Shown here: positions 20,627-32,706 of the stretch, in pieces
Position numbering within the stretch: the first letter of the stretch is position 1
Layout: each line of letters opens with the position of its first letter
Source: Gekko japonicus
Taxonomy: Eukaryota
DNA: 64,000 bases
Assembly: GCF_001447785.1 (NCBI RefSeq)
Contig: NW_015167083.1
Span: forward strand, 536,873 to 600,872
Direction: 5' to 3'
Translations under genes and position numbers: made by a program
Notes under the pieces: generated by a model
What the model saw: the letters and a program-made list of their open reading frames with translations, nothing else
What the model was told of the DNA's origin: nothing
Databases searched by the model: none

Positions 20627-21879
20627 CAAGGACGTTATTATTTATTATGATAAATAGTTCATAAATAAGTAAGCTTCTGAACCTAAAAATAAGTTCATGT
20701 TCCACTTACATGTTCCTGGCACTAACCGTTCATTGACTCTGTAGCACATAGAGCCTACCGGGTGTGGTGGCAAAGTTAGCTAAGTTTTCCTTGGATAAGT
20801 TTTCCTGAGTTTACATTGTTTCTCTGAAGCACCTCCTGGAAATATGGCATCCTCACCAGGAAAGGAAGTCCAATTGTAGCCCTCCCTCTATATCACACTG
20901 ATGCAGACTTTTAACATTAGGGATGTTTCTTGCAAATGTAGTTCCTGTATGGGTGTGGGGGTGGGACGGAGCTGGTTATACAGGTATCTCCAGTCAAATC
21001 TCAGAGTCAGAATTAATATTTTTACAATATTAATTTGTTAATAATTTGTTATGGCTTAGAAGCATATTTTAGGCAGCAACAAAGGCAGAAAGTAACTTTT
21101 CTTACATTTGCCAGGGCATTAACAATTGCCACTCCTAAATATATTAACAAGATAGATGTATTTATTTGTTATGTTCTGAATTAAAATCTAATAAAATATT
21201 ATGGTCAAAAAAATCATTTTAAGTCTATATGTATAATCCATTTCATGTTGAAATAAAGAATCAATAGACCTGAAATGCAACGTTAGAAAATGATTCAGCA
21301 GCACCTTGGTTGTGTTTAAGCCATATTAATTGCAATGGGATTTAGACGCAGGTAATTATACATTTGATTGTATCATAGAATTGATATGGTGTAGATCTAA
21401 TTTTACCCTAAAAAACAAAAATATACATATTTTAATAACAAATTGCAAATAGAAATTCTTGGTTGTAATATGAGCAGAGGGGGGAAATGAATAGATCACT
21501 AACAGGAATGTACTGTAAATCATTGCCCAGATAATGCAGGAGGAAGAATGCAGGGCACTTCAATGTCTGATGTGATTAGTAAATAACTTCAGCAGAGTTT
21601 ATCTGATGCAGTTTTCCATCATTTACCTAATTACAAGCATATGGGCTGCAGCTGTAGACCTTTGCTTCTCTTATAACTTCCCCTGAAAGTCAACCAGCCA
21701 GTGACAGTAAAGCTCTCAGGTGGATTCAAGGCTGCTGCAAGTCATCACTTCTGGCATTTATATGTAACACATGAAAGGCAAACAAGTATTACAAATTATT
21801 AGTCATATTATTTGGTTTATCCCTGCACATCATGGACACCTGTCTGTGCAATACGGAAGAGAAATTATTTACTTCACTC

Positions 21880-22084
21880 CATTTATACCCTGCCAGTGGG
21901 GACCCAAAGCAGCTGACATCGTTCTTCTCGCCTGCACTTTGTCCTCACAACAAACAGGTTAGGCTGAGAGTGTGTGACTGGTTCAAGGTCACCCAGCAAG
22001 CTTCCATGGCAGAGTGGGGATTTGAACCTGGGTTGCCTAGACTTTAGTCTGCCACAGAAACCACTACACCAAACTGGCTCTCTC
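21880..22084 (-). mobile_element. Older MIR/Squam3-like SINE
   Basis: Same family as 15372-15575; ends accactacaccaaactggctctc. Confidence 0.8.
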
Positions 22085-22200
22085 TGTTGGATATAGAAAA
22101 GTTAGATGTAGACATATAACTTTTGGGGGGACATGACTATGCACAGGCTTGCAGTCACTGCCAAGCAATAATATTGGTTGTTTGAACATAACTTCATTGG

Positions 22201-22480
22201 GGAGCCAGTTTGGTGTAGTGGTTAGGAGCACAGACTCTTATCTGGGAGAACCAGGTTTGATTCCCCACTCCTCCATGTGCAGCTGCTGGTGGGACCTTGG
22301 GTCAGTCACAAGTTATTTCAGAGCTGTTCTCTCAAGGGCAGTCCTTGAAAGAGCTCTCTTAGCACCACCTACCTCACAGGCAGTCTGTTGTGTGGAGGGG
22401 AAGGGAAAAGAACTGTAAGCCACTCTGAGACTTCTTCAGGTAGTGAAGGGTGGGGTATAAATCCAATCTCTTTTTCTTGT
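22201..22480 (+). mobile_element. Squam3-like SINE, full length
   Basis: A box tggtgtagtggttagg, B box ggtttgattccc, CORE, L2-type tail gggtggggtataaatccaatctc. Confidence 0.88.
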
Positions 22481-22557
22481 TTTTCATTGTCAATGGAAAA
22501 TTCACACACACACACACGTAGTTGGATCATACATACACACATGCACGCACACACAAC

Positions 22558-22764
22558 CAGTGTTCCCTCTAAGCTGAGTTAGTGTGAGCTAGCTCACAGT
22601 TTTTTTAGCCTCCAGCACATACATTTTTGTCTCAGCTCAGGAAGGGTGGCTCCAGAGCAAACTAATTTATGCAGTAGCCAAATCCCTCGCTCACAACTTT
22701 AATGCCAGTAGCTCACAAAGTAGAATTTTTGCTCACAAGACTCCGCAGCTTAGAGGGAGCATTG
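22558..22764. mobile_element. hAT MITE
   Basis: TIR cagtgttccctctaagctg / cagcttagagggagcattg; perfect 8-bp TSD cacacaac. Confidence 0.9.
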
Positions 22765-22903
22765 CACACAACACATCATTCTAATTTTTAAGAAGATTTT
22801 TTAAAAATAGTATGGGGTATGCAACCACAAAAAGGTGGGTCCAGAACCGGGCCCTTGTTATGCACTTATTTGGACATGTCAGAGTTCTGACATCTGCAGA
22901 TGG

Positions 22904-23081
22904 CTGGCCCGTAGCTAACATGGGGCCCACGGGGCCTGGCCTCCTCATGTTTCTTCTGGGGCCCCTCCCTCCCGGGCTGCCCCCAAAGTGCTCCAACTTA
23001 CTACATGCATTGTACTTTCATTTAATTAGCTGGTGGGCCCCCTGACGCCCCCTCCCCCAAAATTCCCTAGCTACGGGGCTG
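22904..23081. mobile_element. hAT (Tip100-like) MITE
   Basis: TIR ctggcccgtagcta / tagctacggggctg; perfect 8-bp TSD gcagatgg. Confidence 0.85.
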
Positions 23082-25105
23082 GCAGATGGCCTTCAGTAAA
23101 AAAAGACATCCCTGTGTTTTCTTCCCCATTTTTGTGCAGAAAGATCTGCTGCTCCTAATGAAGTGTCTGGAAATGCTGTGGATTGCTCTGTGTGCATTAG
23201 AGGTTCAGTAACGAGAATGGGTAGTTAGACTGCAATGATTGTATAGAATCATTAGCAACCTCTATTTCAGCTATATATGAAGTATGTTTCATAGCATGAA
23301 AACCCTTTGCACCCAAGGTGCCAGTCTGAGTGCAGGATAACTGAAGGACATCTTCCTTTCATGTGGACCTGCTTATTCACTGAAATCTTTCCCAGAGGCT
23401 CTAGGGTGTCCACATAATCAACCTACTGCAGTGATGAGTGTGACAGCCAGGCACAGGAGATTTTCAGTTGCACCTTGGGTGGAATATACATCCTCGAGAA
23501 GTCCACCTGGCATCTTAACTGTTGGTATTTAGATGAATCTGGGGGCCCTTATGAATATGCAGCACCCAGTGATCTGAGTGGAGCTCAGACCTACACCAGC
23601 TCTAACGTTCAAAATTCCAAGGGGGGGTCAAGTGGTAGGCAGAAATTCATGTAGTGGTTTTGGTACTAATCCAAGAGATCCAGAAGTAGAGCACATGGAG
23701 CAAGACTGAGAATTACAAGTACCCAGGGTACCCAGTAAAAGCCGATCTGAGCATGGGTTGAAAGGCTGAGGAACCACTCTTATTATGGGGGTCAGGGATA
23801 ATAGAGATAAAAGTATGGTTTTGAGGAAGGAGACAGGAACATCTGAAGTAATCATCTGTATTGGCTTGGAAGGGAGAAGAGGGAAGGACTCAGGTAGAGA
23901 GGAGGTGTGTTCAAGGCAGATTTTCAAAACAGATGTCTAAAGAAATAAGGAGATTCAAAACAAGAAAGAGTTGGCTCAGCATCAGGTGTCATCTCCTTTA
24001 TTTACAGATTCAGATCACCTCAAGTCTATTTTGTGTGTGTGGTTAGGATAGATAAGGACCAGACAACTTTGATTGGATGAAAATGTTTTAGACAAATAGC
24101 CATATAGCCAAGCTGTACCTGACAGACTCATCTCTCTGGGGTGTCCTTTCGAACCAAGGGTGCATCTTTCTGTGGCCATCATATTCCATGATTAACATTC
24201 AGTCATGCAAATATGGTTCACCTGTTTTTCTCACAGCCAATCTAATGTACATTGACTTGTGTATGTATCTGCCAGCTGAGGCAAAGCCAGGAATGACCCC
24301 GTCCTTTCTAAGATGGCAGAACAGGTGGACTGGTCCCAAACGCAAGAGCCACAAAATGGAAACAGAACAGTCATGACAACATTTGGTTAAAAGGACCAAG
24401 AAGCTTGAGAATTAAAATAAACCAATTAGAATAAGCATTTGAATTATTTTCAAACACTTTGATTTACCCATTATAATTAGACAATTATAGGGTTTTAGGT
24501 GAAGAATCTTATAGAAGCAATTTAGTTCCATCTTGCCTAAACATTGTAGTTTACCTTGTAATACATGGGAAATAATTAGCCTTGCAGAGTAGCATATTTT
24601 AGTAATGAACATTGAATGGGAGAACATTATACTGATAACATCTGCTTTTAATTCCACACCAAGGGCAATTGCACCCAGACATTCTTACTCTCTAAGTCAT
24701 CTGATTCTTCACCATGGTCAGGGGGGAAAACATGGGAGAAGAAAGAAAGGACTGACAGGATGTTTTGTTCCTTAAACCAAATGTATATGTCAGTTGCAAA
24801 TAGTATAACTCAGGTTTGCCACGCAAATTGTTCAAGTGGCTTTGCTAATGATTTTAGAATTGATTTTGAGGGTACATGAAATGCCAAGGATGTATTGTCA
24901 AACAGAAAAAAAGAATAGTTGTTCTGGGATTGTCGGGCATTGCTGTTCAAATCCAGGAGGCAAAAGTAGAGTTGTGATGAGGTATGTAATGTCTGGGGCA
25001 ATCCTTTACACTGAGTATGTCTATGTAAAGGTGATGAAACTTCTTAGACTAGTATATGGGTTGGCCTCATTGACAAATGACATAAATAATGTACATTATA
25101 TTAAA

Positions 25106-26039
25106 CTAGGAAAAAGGCCCGTTGTGGAAATAAATACAACGGCCTCTAGAAAGAGGCTCTGGGCAGGTGCCCCGGCCTTGGACACTCAGTGTCAATTTGC
25201 TGTGGCGACCTCAGCAGGGTATAATGACACTGAGTCCACCATTTTCTCCAGAGGAACTGATCTCTGCTACCTAAAGAACAGTAATTTTGAGTGATCTCCA
25301 GCCCTCACTTGGAGATTGGCAACGATGGTTCCCCAGAAGGGAATAGTTGGTTTGGAGGGTGGAGTCTATGGCTTTGTACCTGTCCGAGGTCCCACGCCTC
25401 CTGAAACCTCACCCTCTCCAGGCTCCATCCCTCACATCTCCAGGAATTTCCCACCTGGAGTTGGCAACTCTATCTCCTTCCCAGCCAACCATCAACCTAC
25501 CTTTATTTCCCCCTCACTCTTCAGCTTTCCACCCCCACACACCTGCAGCCTCTCCCATGCTCTGAAGCCCTGACTGCTACGTCATATTGGCTGTCATATG
25601 GGGGCCACCTCAGCCGCATATAAGGATACAGAGCCCACCATTTTCTCCAGGGGAACTGATCTCTGCCATCTGGAAAGCAGTTGTAATTCGGAGTGATCTC
25701 CATCCCTCACCTGGAGATTGGACACATTTTACCTCAGAAGAGCAAACTGTTTAGAATGTTAGAGGCAAAAGCCAATCAAGTCGCATATGCAAATGACCTC
25801 TGTGTTCCGAGGCAAAGGCCAATGAGGCTGCATATGCAAATAACCTCTGTGTTCTGACTGGCTGTGGGGGGGGGAGAGGAAGAGCAAACTGTTTAGAATG
25901 TTGGAGGCAGGACTCAGGCAAAGCAGCCAGTGGATAGGGAGACCCTCTGAATGACAGATCAGAGAGCGAACTGATTTTGGAGCGTGTGGAATGTTCTAGA
26001 GAAGTGCCACCACCATTCGGCTATTATTTATAAGGGAGA
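25106..26039 (-). mobile_element. Non-autonomous Helitron H1
   Basis: Minus strand A|TC 5' end at 26039; subterminal hairpin ggcccgttgt...acaacggcc (25116-25144); 3' CTAG|T at 25106; no TSD. Confidence 0.85.
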
Positions 26040-27474
26040 TAGTGAGCATAGGACTGATTAATGCCAGTGCTGGCTTCTCTGAGCTTGACAGTATCTTTTA
26101 TGTCATATTTTAGTTCCCTGTGAGATAACTTTTTGCCTTAGAAGAGTGTATCTCCAGCTCCCACACCATGAATTGGGAATTTGATGGGGAAGCAAACGGA
26201 TGTTTTAACAGTAAATTGTGACAGAAACACAGTAAACTTTTGACCCTGGTATTTCTTATCACAGGCAAGTAGAAAAGGTGTTTTATTGTTATAGTTGCAA
26301 GTAAGTTATCTGTGATCTCAGTGGTGCTGGAAAGGGAAATGGTTACTAAAATTCTTTCGAATTTTTACTAGCCGTGATTCTCTGTCACTATGTATAAGAT
26401 ATCATTTGAATTTGTAAAAATAAAATACTGAAAAACTGAGTCCAAAACTACATGCTGAAGTCAACATGTGGCTGCTACAGAAACCTTCAGGACTACATAT
26501 TTTCCTCCTCTTCTTTGTAATATGTAGTACACAAAATGTGTTATCACAATGCAAATTTTCCTACCCTACAACTGCGCTGGTTGCTGCAGTGATATCATTT
26601 CCCACATTTTTTAAAAAATCAAACATGAGAAAAGGAGATGATCTTCAGTCAGCTGCCATACATTGATCGGAAAGTCTGGTTGTGAACTAGTACCATGTAT
26701 ATTCTATGTGATATGAATTTTATATTGAGAAAATGTTTTTGCCTGCCTAAAAATATAACATTTCAAAAATCAGTGAAAATTATTTAACAAACAAGCACCA
26801 GCTTATTCTGTTGCCTCCAAAAACCCTGGGCGCCCAAAGTTCACCCTTAATTCAGTCAGGCCTCAGACTAGGGGTCCTAGACCCTTTTTTAATGGATCTT
26901 CAGCTCTCCCCTTTGCTTTCTTCCTTGGTCCCTAGTTACTCAACTGCTGGTTTCCTTTACTAGTTTGTGGTGCTCCCTGATCCTTCACCAGCATTCTTTC
27001 TTCACACCAGCATGCCTTCCTCCCAGCTGCCACGTCACTACCAGGTAAGTGCTGCAGGGCTATACGCCCCTACGTTCCCTGTTAGCCTCTTTATCCTTGT
27101 CTGGGTGCTGCTGAGGCCTGACTGGCTTCTGGAGGCCTTGAGCCGCCTCTGTCCAGGCTGCACTCTCTCAATTTTGCTGGTCCATCTACCCCTTTTGAGC
27201 CAGCGAACTGCAGCACTGAGCCCTTCCCACCTGTCAGTACCTCTGCACCATGTTGGTGCAGAAACAAGAAGAGCCACATAGTATGAATCAATGCATAAAC
27301 AGTTCCAGGGACGATGCAAACATCTCACAAGTAATGCGGCTCTGGGCTCTATATGCAGCTGTGGAATCAATTATACGCATCTGTCATCATATTATCAGAG
27401 GTGACCTTGTTTCGAGATCTTTATCCATCCTGATGAACAGAAACATTAATAAAACTATAATGTATGAATGCTAA

Positions 27475-28617
27475 TCTCTCTATATAATAATTGTGTTTTG
27501 ATCATGGACTCTCCTGAACATTCTTCAAGCTTCCAAATCAGTTGGCTCCCTGATCTGTCACTCAGAAGCTGTCCCTATCCACTGGCTGTGTTGCCTGAGT
27601 CTTGCCTCCAATATTCTAAACAGTTTGCTGTTCCTCTCCCCCAATAGCCAGTCAGAACACAGAGGTTATTTGCATATGTGGCCTGATTGGCCTTTGCCTC
27701 TAACATTCTAAATAGTTTGCTGTTGCTGTTGGGAGTCAATGAGTGTGTCCTGAGGTAAAATACATATCCCAATTNNNNNNNNNNNNNNNNNNNNNNNNNN
27801 NNNNNNNNNNNNNNNNNNNNNNNNNNNNNNNNNNNNNNNNNNNNNNNNNNNNNNNNNNNNNNNNNNNNNNNNNNNNNNNNNNNNNNNNNNNNNNNNNNNN
27901 NNNNNNNNNNNNNNNNNNNNNNNNNNNNNNNNNNNNNNNNNNNNNNNNNNNNNNNNNNNNNNNNNNNNNNNNNNNNNNNNNNNNNNNNNNNNNNNNNNNN
28001 NNNNNNNNNNNNNNNNNNNNNNNNNNNNNNNNNNNNNNNNNNNNNNNNNNNNNNNNNNNNNNNNNNNNNNNNNNNNNNNNNNNNNNNNNNNNNNNNNNNN
28101 NNNNNNNNNNNNNNNNNNNNNNNNNNNNNNNNNNNNNNNNNNNNNNNNNNNNNNNNNNNNNNNNNNNNNNNNNNNNNNNNNNNNNNNNNNNNNNNNNNNN
28201 NNNNNNNNNNNNNNNNNNNNNNNNNNNNNNNNNNNNNNNNNNNNNNNNNNNNNNNNNNNNNNNNNNNNNNNNNNNNNNNNNNNNNNNNNNNNNNNNNNNN
28301 NNNNNNNNNNNNNNNNNNNNNNNNNNNNNNNNNNNTTCTACCTTAGCTGCCACTGCATAACCCCAAATCAACATAAGTCAGGGGTGGAGGGAACCATACC
28401 TGTTACCATGAGGATGTCCTCCCATACTACCCACTTGAGGCAGCAAAATGACTTGAGACAGCCTTGCCTTATAGCTAAGCAGAAGAAAAGAAACATGGCT
28501 TACCTCCCTCTATTTTCCCCTTCCCTCTGCCGCCACACCAGCCACAGTCGGGACACTCACCTGGAGCTTCCTTCTAGAGCTCGTTGTATTTCTTCCCACA
28601 ACGGGCCATACCCCTAG
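27475..28617 (+). mobile_element. Non-autonomous Helitron H2 (spans an N-gap)
   Basis: A|TCTCTCTATATAATAA 5' end; 27505-27774 is the reverse complement of H1 25720-26010; 3' gctcgttgt...acaacgggc hairpin then CTAG|T at 28617. Confidence 0.8.
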
Positions 28618-30031
28618 TATAATATAAACAATAAATTGTACAATAGCAAAGCTCACGTGTCTGTTGTATCAGTCAATATACCATTTCACAAAAAGGACAA
28701 TTTCACATAATATCAGACCTAATAACAACAATGAAAGCATCATGTAATCATCCATAATAAAACAATTTATAAATAATATACTTGTGCAAATCACTCACCC
28801 ATAAAGGGTTCACAATCTGGTGTATGACAATCCATGTAAATGGGATTGTATTATTTATATTATGTTTTGCGTTATAGTTGCAGAACATTTCAATGATAGC
28901 AAATGGAAGAGTATCTATGAATGAAGAAGCTGACCCAGTCAATAGAGCTGTACATTTCCATTCATATTGTATTTGTGTGGCATTTTCGACTGCTAAGAGC
29001 AAAAGTCCTAATGGGGAGTGGGGGTGGAATTGTAAGACATCAACCCAGAAAGTCTAGACTTTCACTGACATGTTTGATGTGCATTTTCACATGACCTTTC
29101 GTAAGAACAGGTCCCCAACTTAAGCTGTTTTACAAACACAGAGGAATAAAAGAGGTATGTAAAAGACCAAAGCTAAAGAGTAAACAGAGGGTGCAGAAGG
29201 GGCAAAGGTATTTGAATCTGAATATCTAGTTAATGATTCAATTAGTTTTGCACTTTGATAAACTAGGGTAATCCTTCTTTACTACCTCCCCATATTGAAG
29301 GCAGTTGAATGGGAGATGTAAAAGGACTGCAAGGAAGACAATTCTCTAAAAATAAAATCTTTTGTGAATCATTACAGCATCCTAACAAAATGCTGCATTT
29401 TGAGATAGAGAGAGGCAGAGAGACAAATAGAATATGGAAGCGGGAGAGAAAGAGACTTCTCTGGTTCTTAACAGACAAACTTTAACATTTTCCAGTATAC
29501 AGTATTAATCATCTAATGTATGAACACAGGTACGTCTTAAATTAGGAGAGGAAGGAACCAGTGCTGTTACTGTTCAAAGCCTACCAAGAACCTAGAACTG
29601 CTGTTCTCAGCCATTTCCTACCAGGGTTTACATAATAATATCTTCACTCGTTCCTCTGTCATTTGGTCAGTTCTAGGCTCATCCTGAAAATATGGGGAAC
29701 AGGCTAAAAGCACATCTTAGTATGATAGGTTTCTCAGGGGAAGCCTGCAAAGGAATTTCCAACAGAGGCCCGATCATTCCTTGGTATGCCGTGTGGATTT
29801 CAGGAAACTAAGGCTGCAGTACATGTTCAGTTGCTATGTGGCTTGAGTGGAACTCAGTCCAACAATCTAATCAAATATTCCAACAAATTTGCTCATTCTG
29901 GAAGGGATGTCTCAGACACTGTCTGAGCTGACAGGACCATGGCTCAGCGGTAGAACATCTGGTTTTCATGTAGAAGATCCCAGTTTCAATCCCTGGCATG
30001 TCCAGTTCTAAAAGGATCAGGTAGTAAGTGA

Positions 30032-30505
30032 TTTATTTTATTTTACTTCATTCATAGCCCACCTTTCTCACTGAAACTCAAGGCAGTTAACAAAATATAG
30101 GAAACCATTTAATCAGACAGCATGAGATATCCAATAAACAAACAGCAACAACAAACTATTTAAGACACGACGCATTGTAATGCAGAAAGTGGGTTACAAT
30201 GGTAGAAGACATTGCAAAGCAAGGTGCTATATGCAATAAACATTGCAATAGGCTACCATCTTATTCCGTTATAAAAGTGACTTCCTGAGTTATTCCATCT
30301 TGCTACAATTCATTTAACAATTCCTCCTGAACATTTCTGTTTTCTAACGTATGAAATGAAGCAAGTTTGGGAGCTTTCCTGGCCATTCCACAAAGTGTTA
30401 GCCACTACAGAAAAAGTTTGTGAATGGGCAAGTACTTCATCTGTTTGCAGGGTAGCACCTTCAGAAGGCTTTGCTTAGGTGAAAGAAGCTGTTGTGGTAG
30501 AGCAT
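30032..30505 (-). mobile_element. Old LINE (L2-like) 3' fragment inserted in the SINE
   Basis: (ttta)n tail, gcccacctttctc...caaggcag; flanked by repeated agtgat. Confidence 0.55.
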
Positions 30506-30591
30506 AGTGATGTGATATCAAGTGATTTCCACCTGAGACCTGCAGAGCCTCTACCAGTCAGAGTAGACAATATTGACCTTGAGAGACCAAT

Positions 30592-32706
30592 GGATTTTTT
30601 GGATGGCATTTCCATTTTAGACCCTTTCCAGTCCAGCTTTTGCCCGGGCCACGGGACAGAGACAGCACCGGTCGCCCTCACAGACGATCTCCAGATGCAT
30701 CTGGATCATGGTGGATCAGCAGTGCTGTTGTTGTTGGACCTGTCGGCAGTGTTTGACACAGTCAACCATCATCTACTGATCCACCACCTCACCAACACTA
30801 GAATCCAGGAGCCTGCCTTGCAATGGCTTGCCTCCTTCCTCCAAGGTTGGGGGGGAAAGGGTGGCACTGGGTGAACAGCTATCCCAAAGGCACCCACTGG
30901 ATTGTGGTGTGCCTCAAGGGGCGGTGCTGTCCCTGATGTTATTTAACATATACATGTGCCTCCTTGCCCAGATTGCATGGAGACATGGGCTGGGATGTCA
31001 CCAGTATGCAGATGACACCTAGCTCTATTTGCTGTTGGGCAGCTGGTCTGACTCTAAAGTGGAAGATCCGACCAGGTGTTACAAGATGTGGCTGGATGGC
31101 TTAGGCTGAGCTGACTGAAATTGAATCCGATGAAGATGGAGGTCCTGTGCCTGAGTCAGGGCAGACGGAGGGTAGGGATCCCACTCCCGACCTTCGTTGG
31201 GGCTCTGTTGGTGCCAATGCTGGATGTTAGGAGCTTGGGAGTGCTCTTGGATGCCTCCTTAACAATGGAGGCCCAGGTAGCAGCCACTGCTAAGTCTGCC
31301 TTTTACCATCTTTGGCTGATCAGGCAGTTGGTTCCCTTCCTTGAATGCAATGACTTGGCAACAATGATCCACACAATGGTCACCTTGAGATTGGACTACT
31401 GTAATGCTCTCTATATGGGGCTGCCCTTGTTGCAAATCTGGAAGCTACAGCTAGTGGAAAATGTGGCAGTCAGGCTTTTAATGGGCCTCCCAATGCTGAA
31501 GGCATTGCACTGGCTACCGATAGCATATCGAATTCGCTTCAAGGTGCTGGTTCTTACCTTTAAAGCCCTTTACGGTCAGGGACCTATATACCTGAGGGAC
31601 TTTCTCCACATGTTTCCCAGAGAGCACTGTGATCAGGGTCCCAACACTGATTGGCCTTCCCTGGACCCAAGGATGCCAGGCTGGCTATAACCAGGGCCAG
31701 GGCTTTCTCGGTGGCAGCTCCTCTCTGGTGGAATGAGCTCCCAGAAGAGATTAGGGCCCTGCAGGATCTCATGCAGTTCTGCAGGGCCTGCAAGATGGAG
31801 ATCTTCCACCAGGCCTTCAATTAGGAGCCACCCCCGATATAGAACCCTGTTCCCTGAAGCCACCAGAACAGCTTGTGCCGGCTGCACAAAGGTTAGATCT
31901 ATGGGCTGACCACTAGGATGGAATACTGAAGGTCGACCACCATCATTAATAACCTATTAGTGTCATTACTGTTAGCACCTTTTAATGTTGGAATGTTTTA
32001 TATGATTTTAGGGCTATTTAATTGCTTACTTGTGTGTTTTTTATTGTGCTGGCTCATCTGGTTACCATGGTTACCCACACACTGGAAGCTGGAAACGCAG
32101 TCCAGATTCAGGTTAAACAACAGGGCCAAAGGTCGGATAGCCAGGGAATCAGTCCAAGGTTGCAGGAGTCAGGAACAAGGAACGGTTGCTACACACCAGA
32201 AGCAGATCTGAGCATGCAGAGTTGCTACTGCGCTGAGGCAGGTGTGTGGAGTGTTTATAAGCAGGTCCTTCCTTCCCTGGGGTTGAGTCTGCAAAGGCTT
32301 ACAGCTCTTCCCTCTGCCGGAGCTGGAGTCTGGCACTCCTTCTTCACTCCTGCATAGTCAGCCTCTGGCGCGCCCTACGTCTGGGGCACTCAGGAGAACT
32401 AGGCGGGGAGTCTGGCCTTGGGGTGTCTTCAACTGGGGGTGCTGGGCCAGGCTCAGGATCGGCTTCTCCTTCTGGCTGCACCTCCTATGCAGCTGCTGGG
32501 GACTCTTCCTCCTTAGGTGCTGTTGAGGGTTCTTCTTCTGGGCTGACTCCAGAGGAGGCTGGGCTGCTCCCTGCCTCTTCCTCATCTGAGGAGTAGTCAG
32601 CCTCAGCAGAGCCAGTACCCATGACATTTATTCTTTTATGTAAGCCACCCTGAGCTGGCCTCGGCTGGGAGGGCGGGGTATAAATCTGATAATTAATAAA
32701 ATAAAA
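30592..32706 (+). mobile_element. L2 LINE, 5'-truncated, RT pseudogene
   Basis: LDPFQS.F.PGHGTETA, LLDLSAVFDTV, GVPQGAVLS, HQYADDT, LDYCNAL, LHWLPI..RIRFKVL; tail gggcggggtataaat...aataaaataaaa. Confidence 0.93.
32045..32626 (-). mobile_element. Solo LTR (Gypsy-like) nested in the L2 3' UTR
   Basis: TG...CA termini; 5-bp TSD tttat (32040-32044 and 32627-32631); minus-strand TATA (cttataaa). Confidence 0.8.

Noticed and set aside
22201-22275. tRNA-like A/B boxes (also 29933, 37692, 49487, 54767)
   Set aside because: SINE heads; no cloverleaf or acceptor stem.
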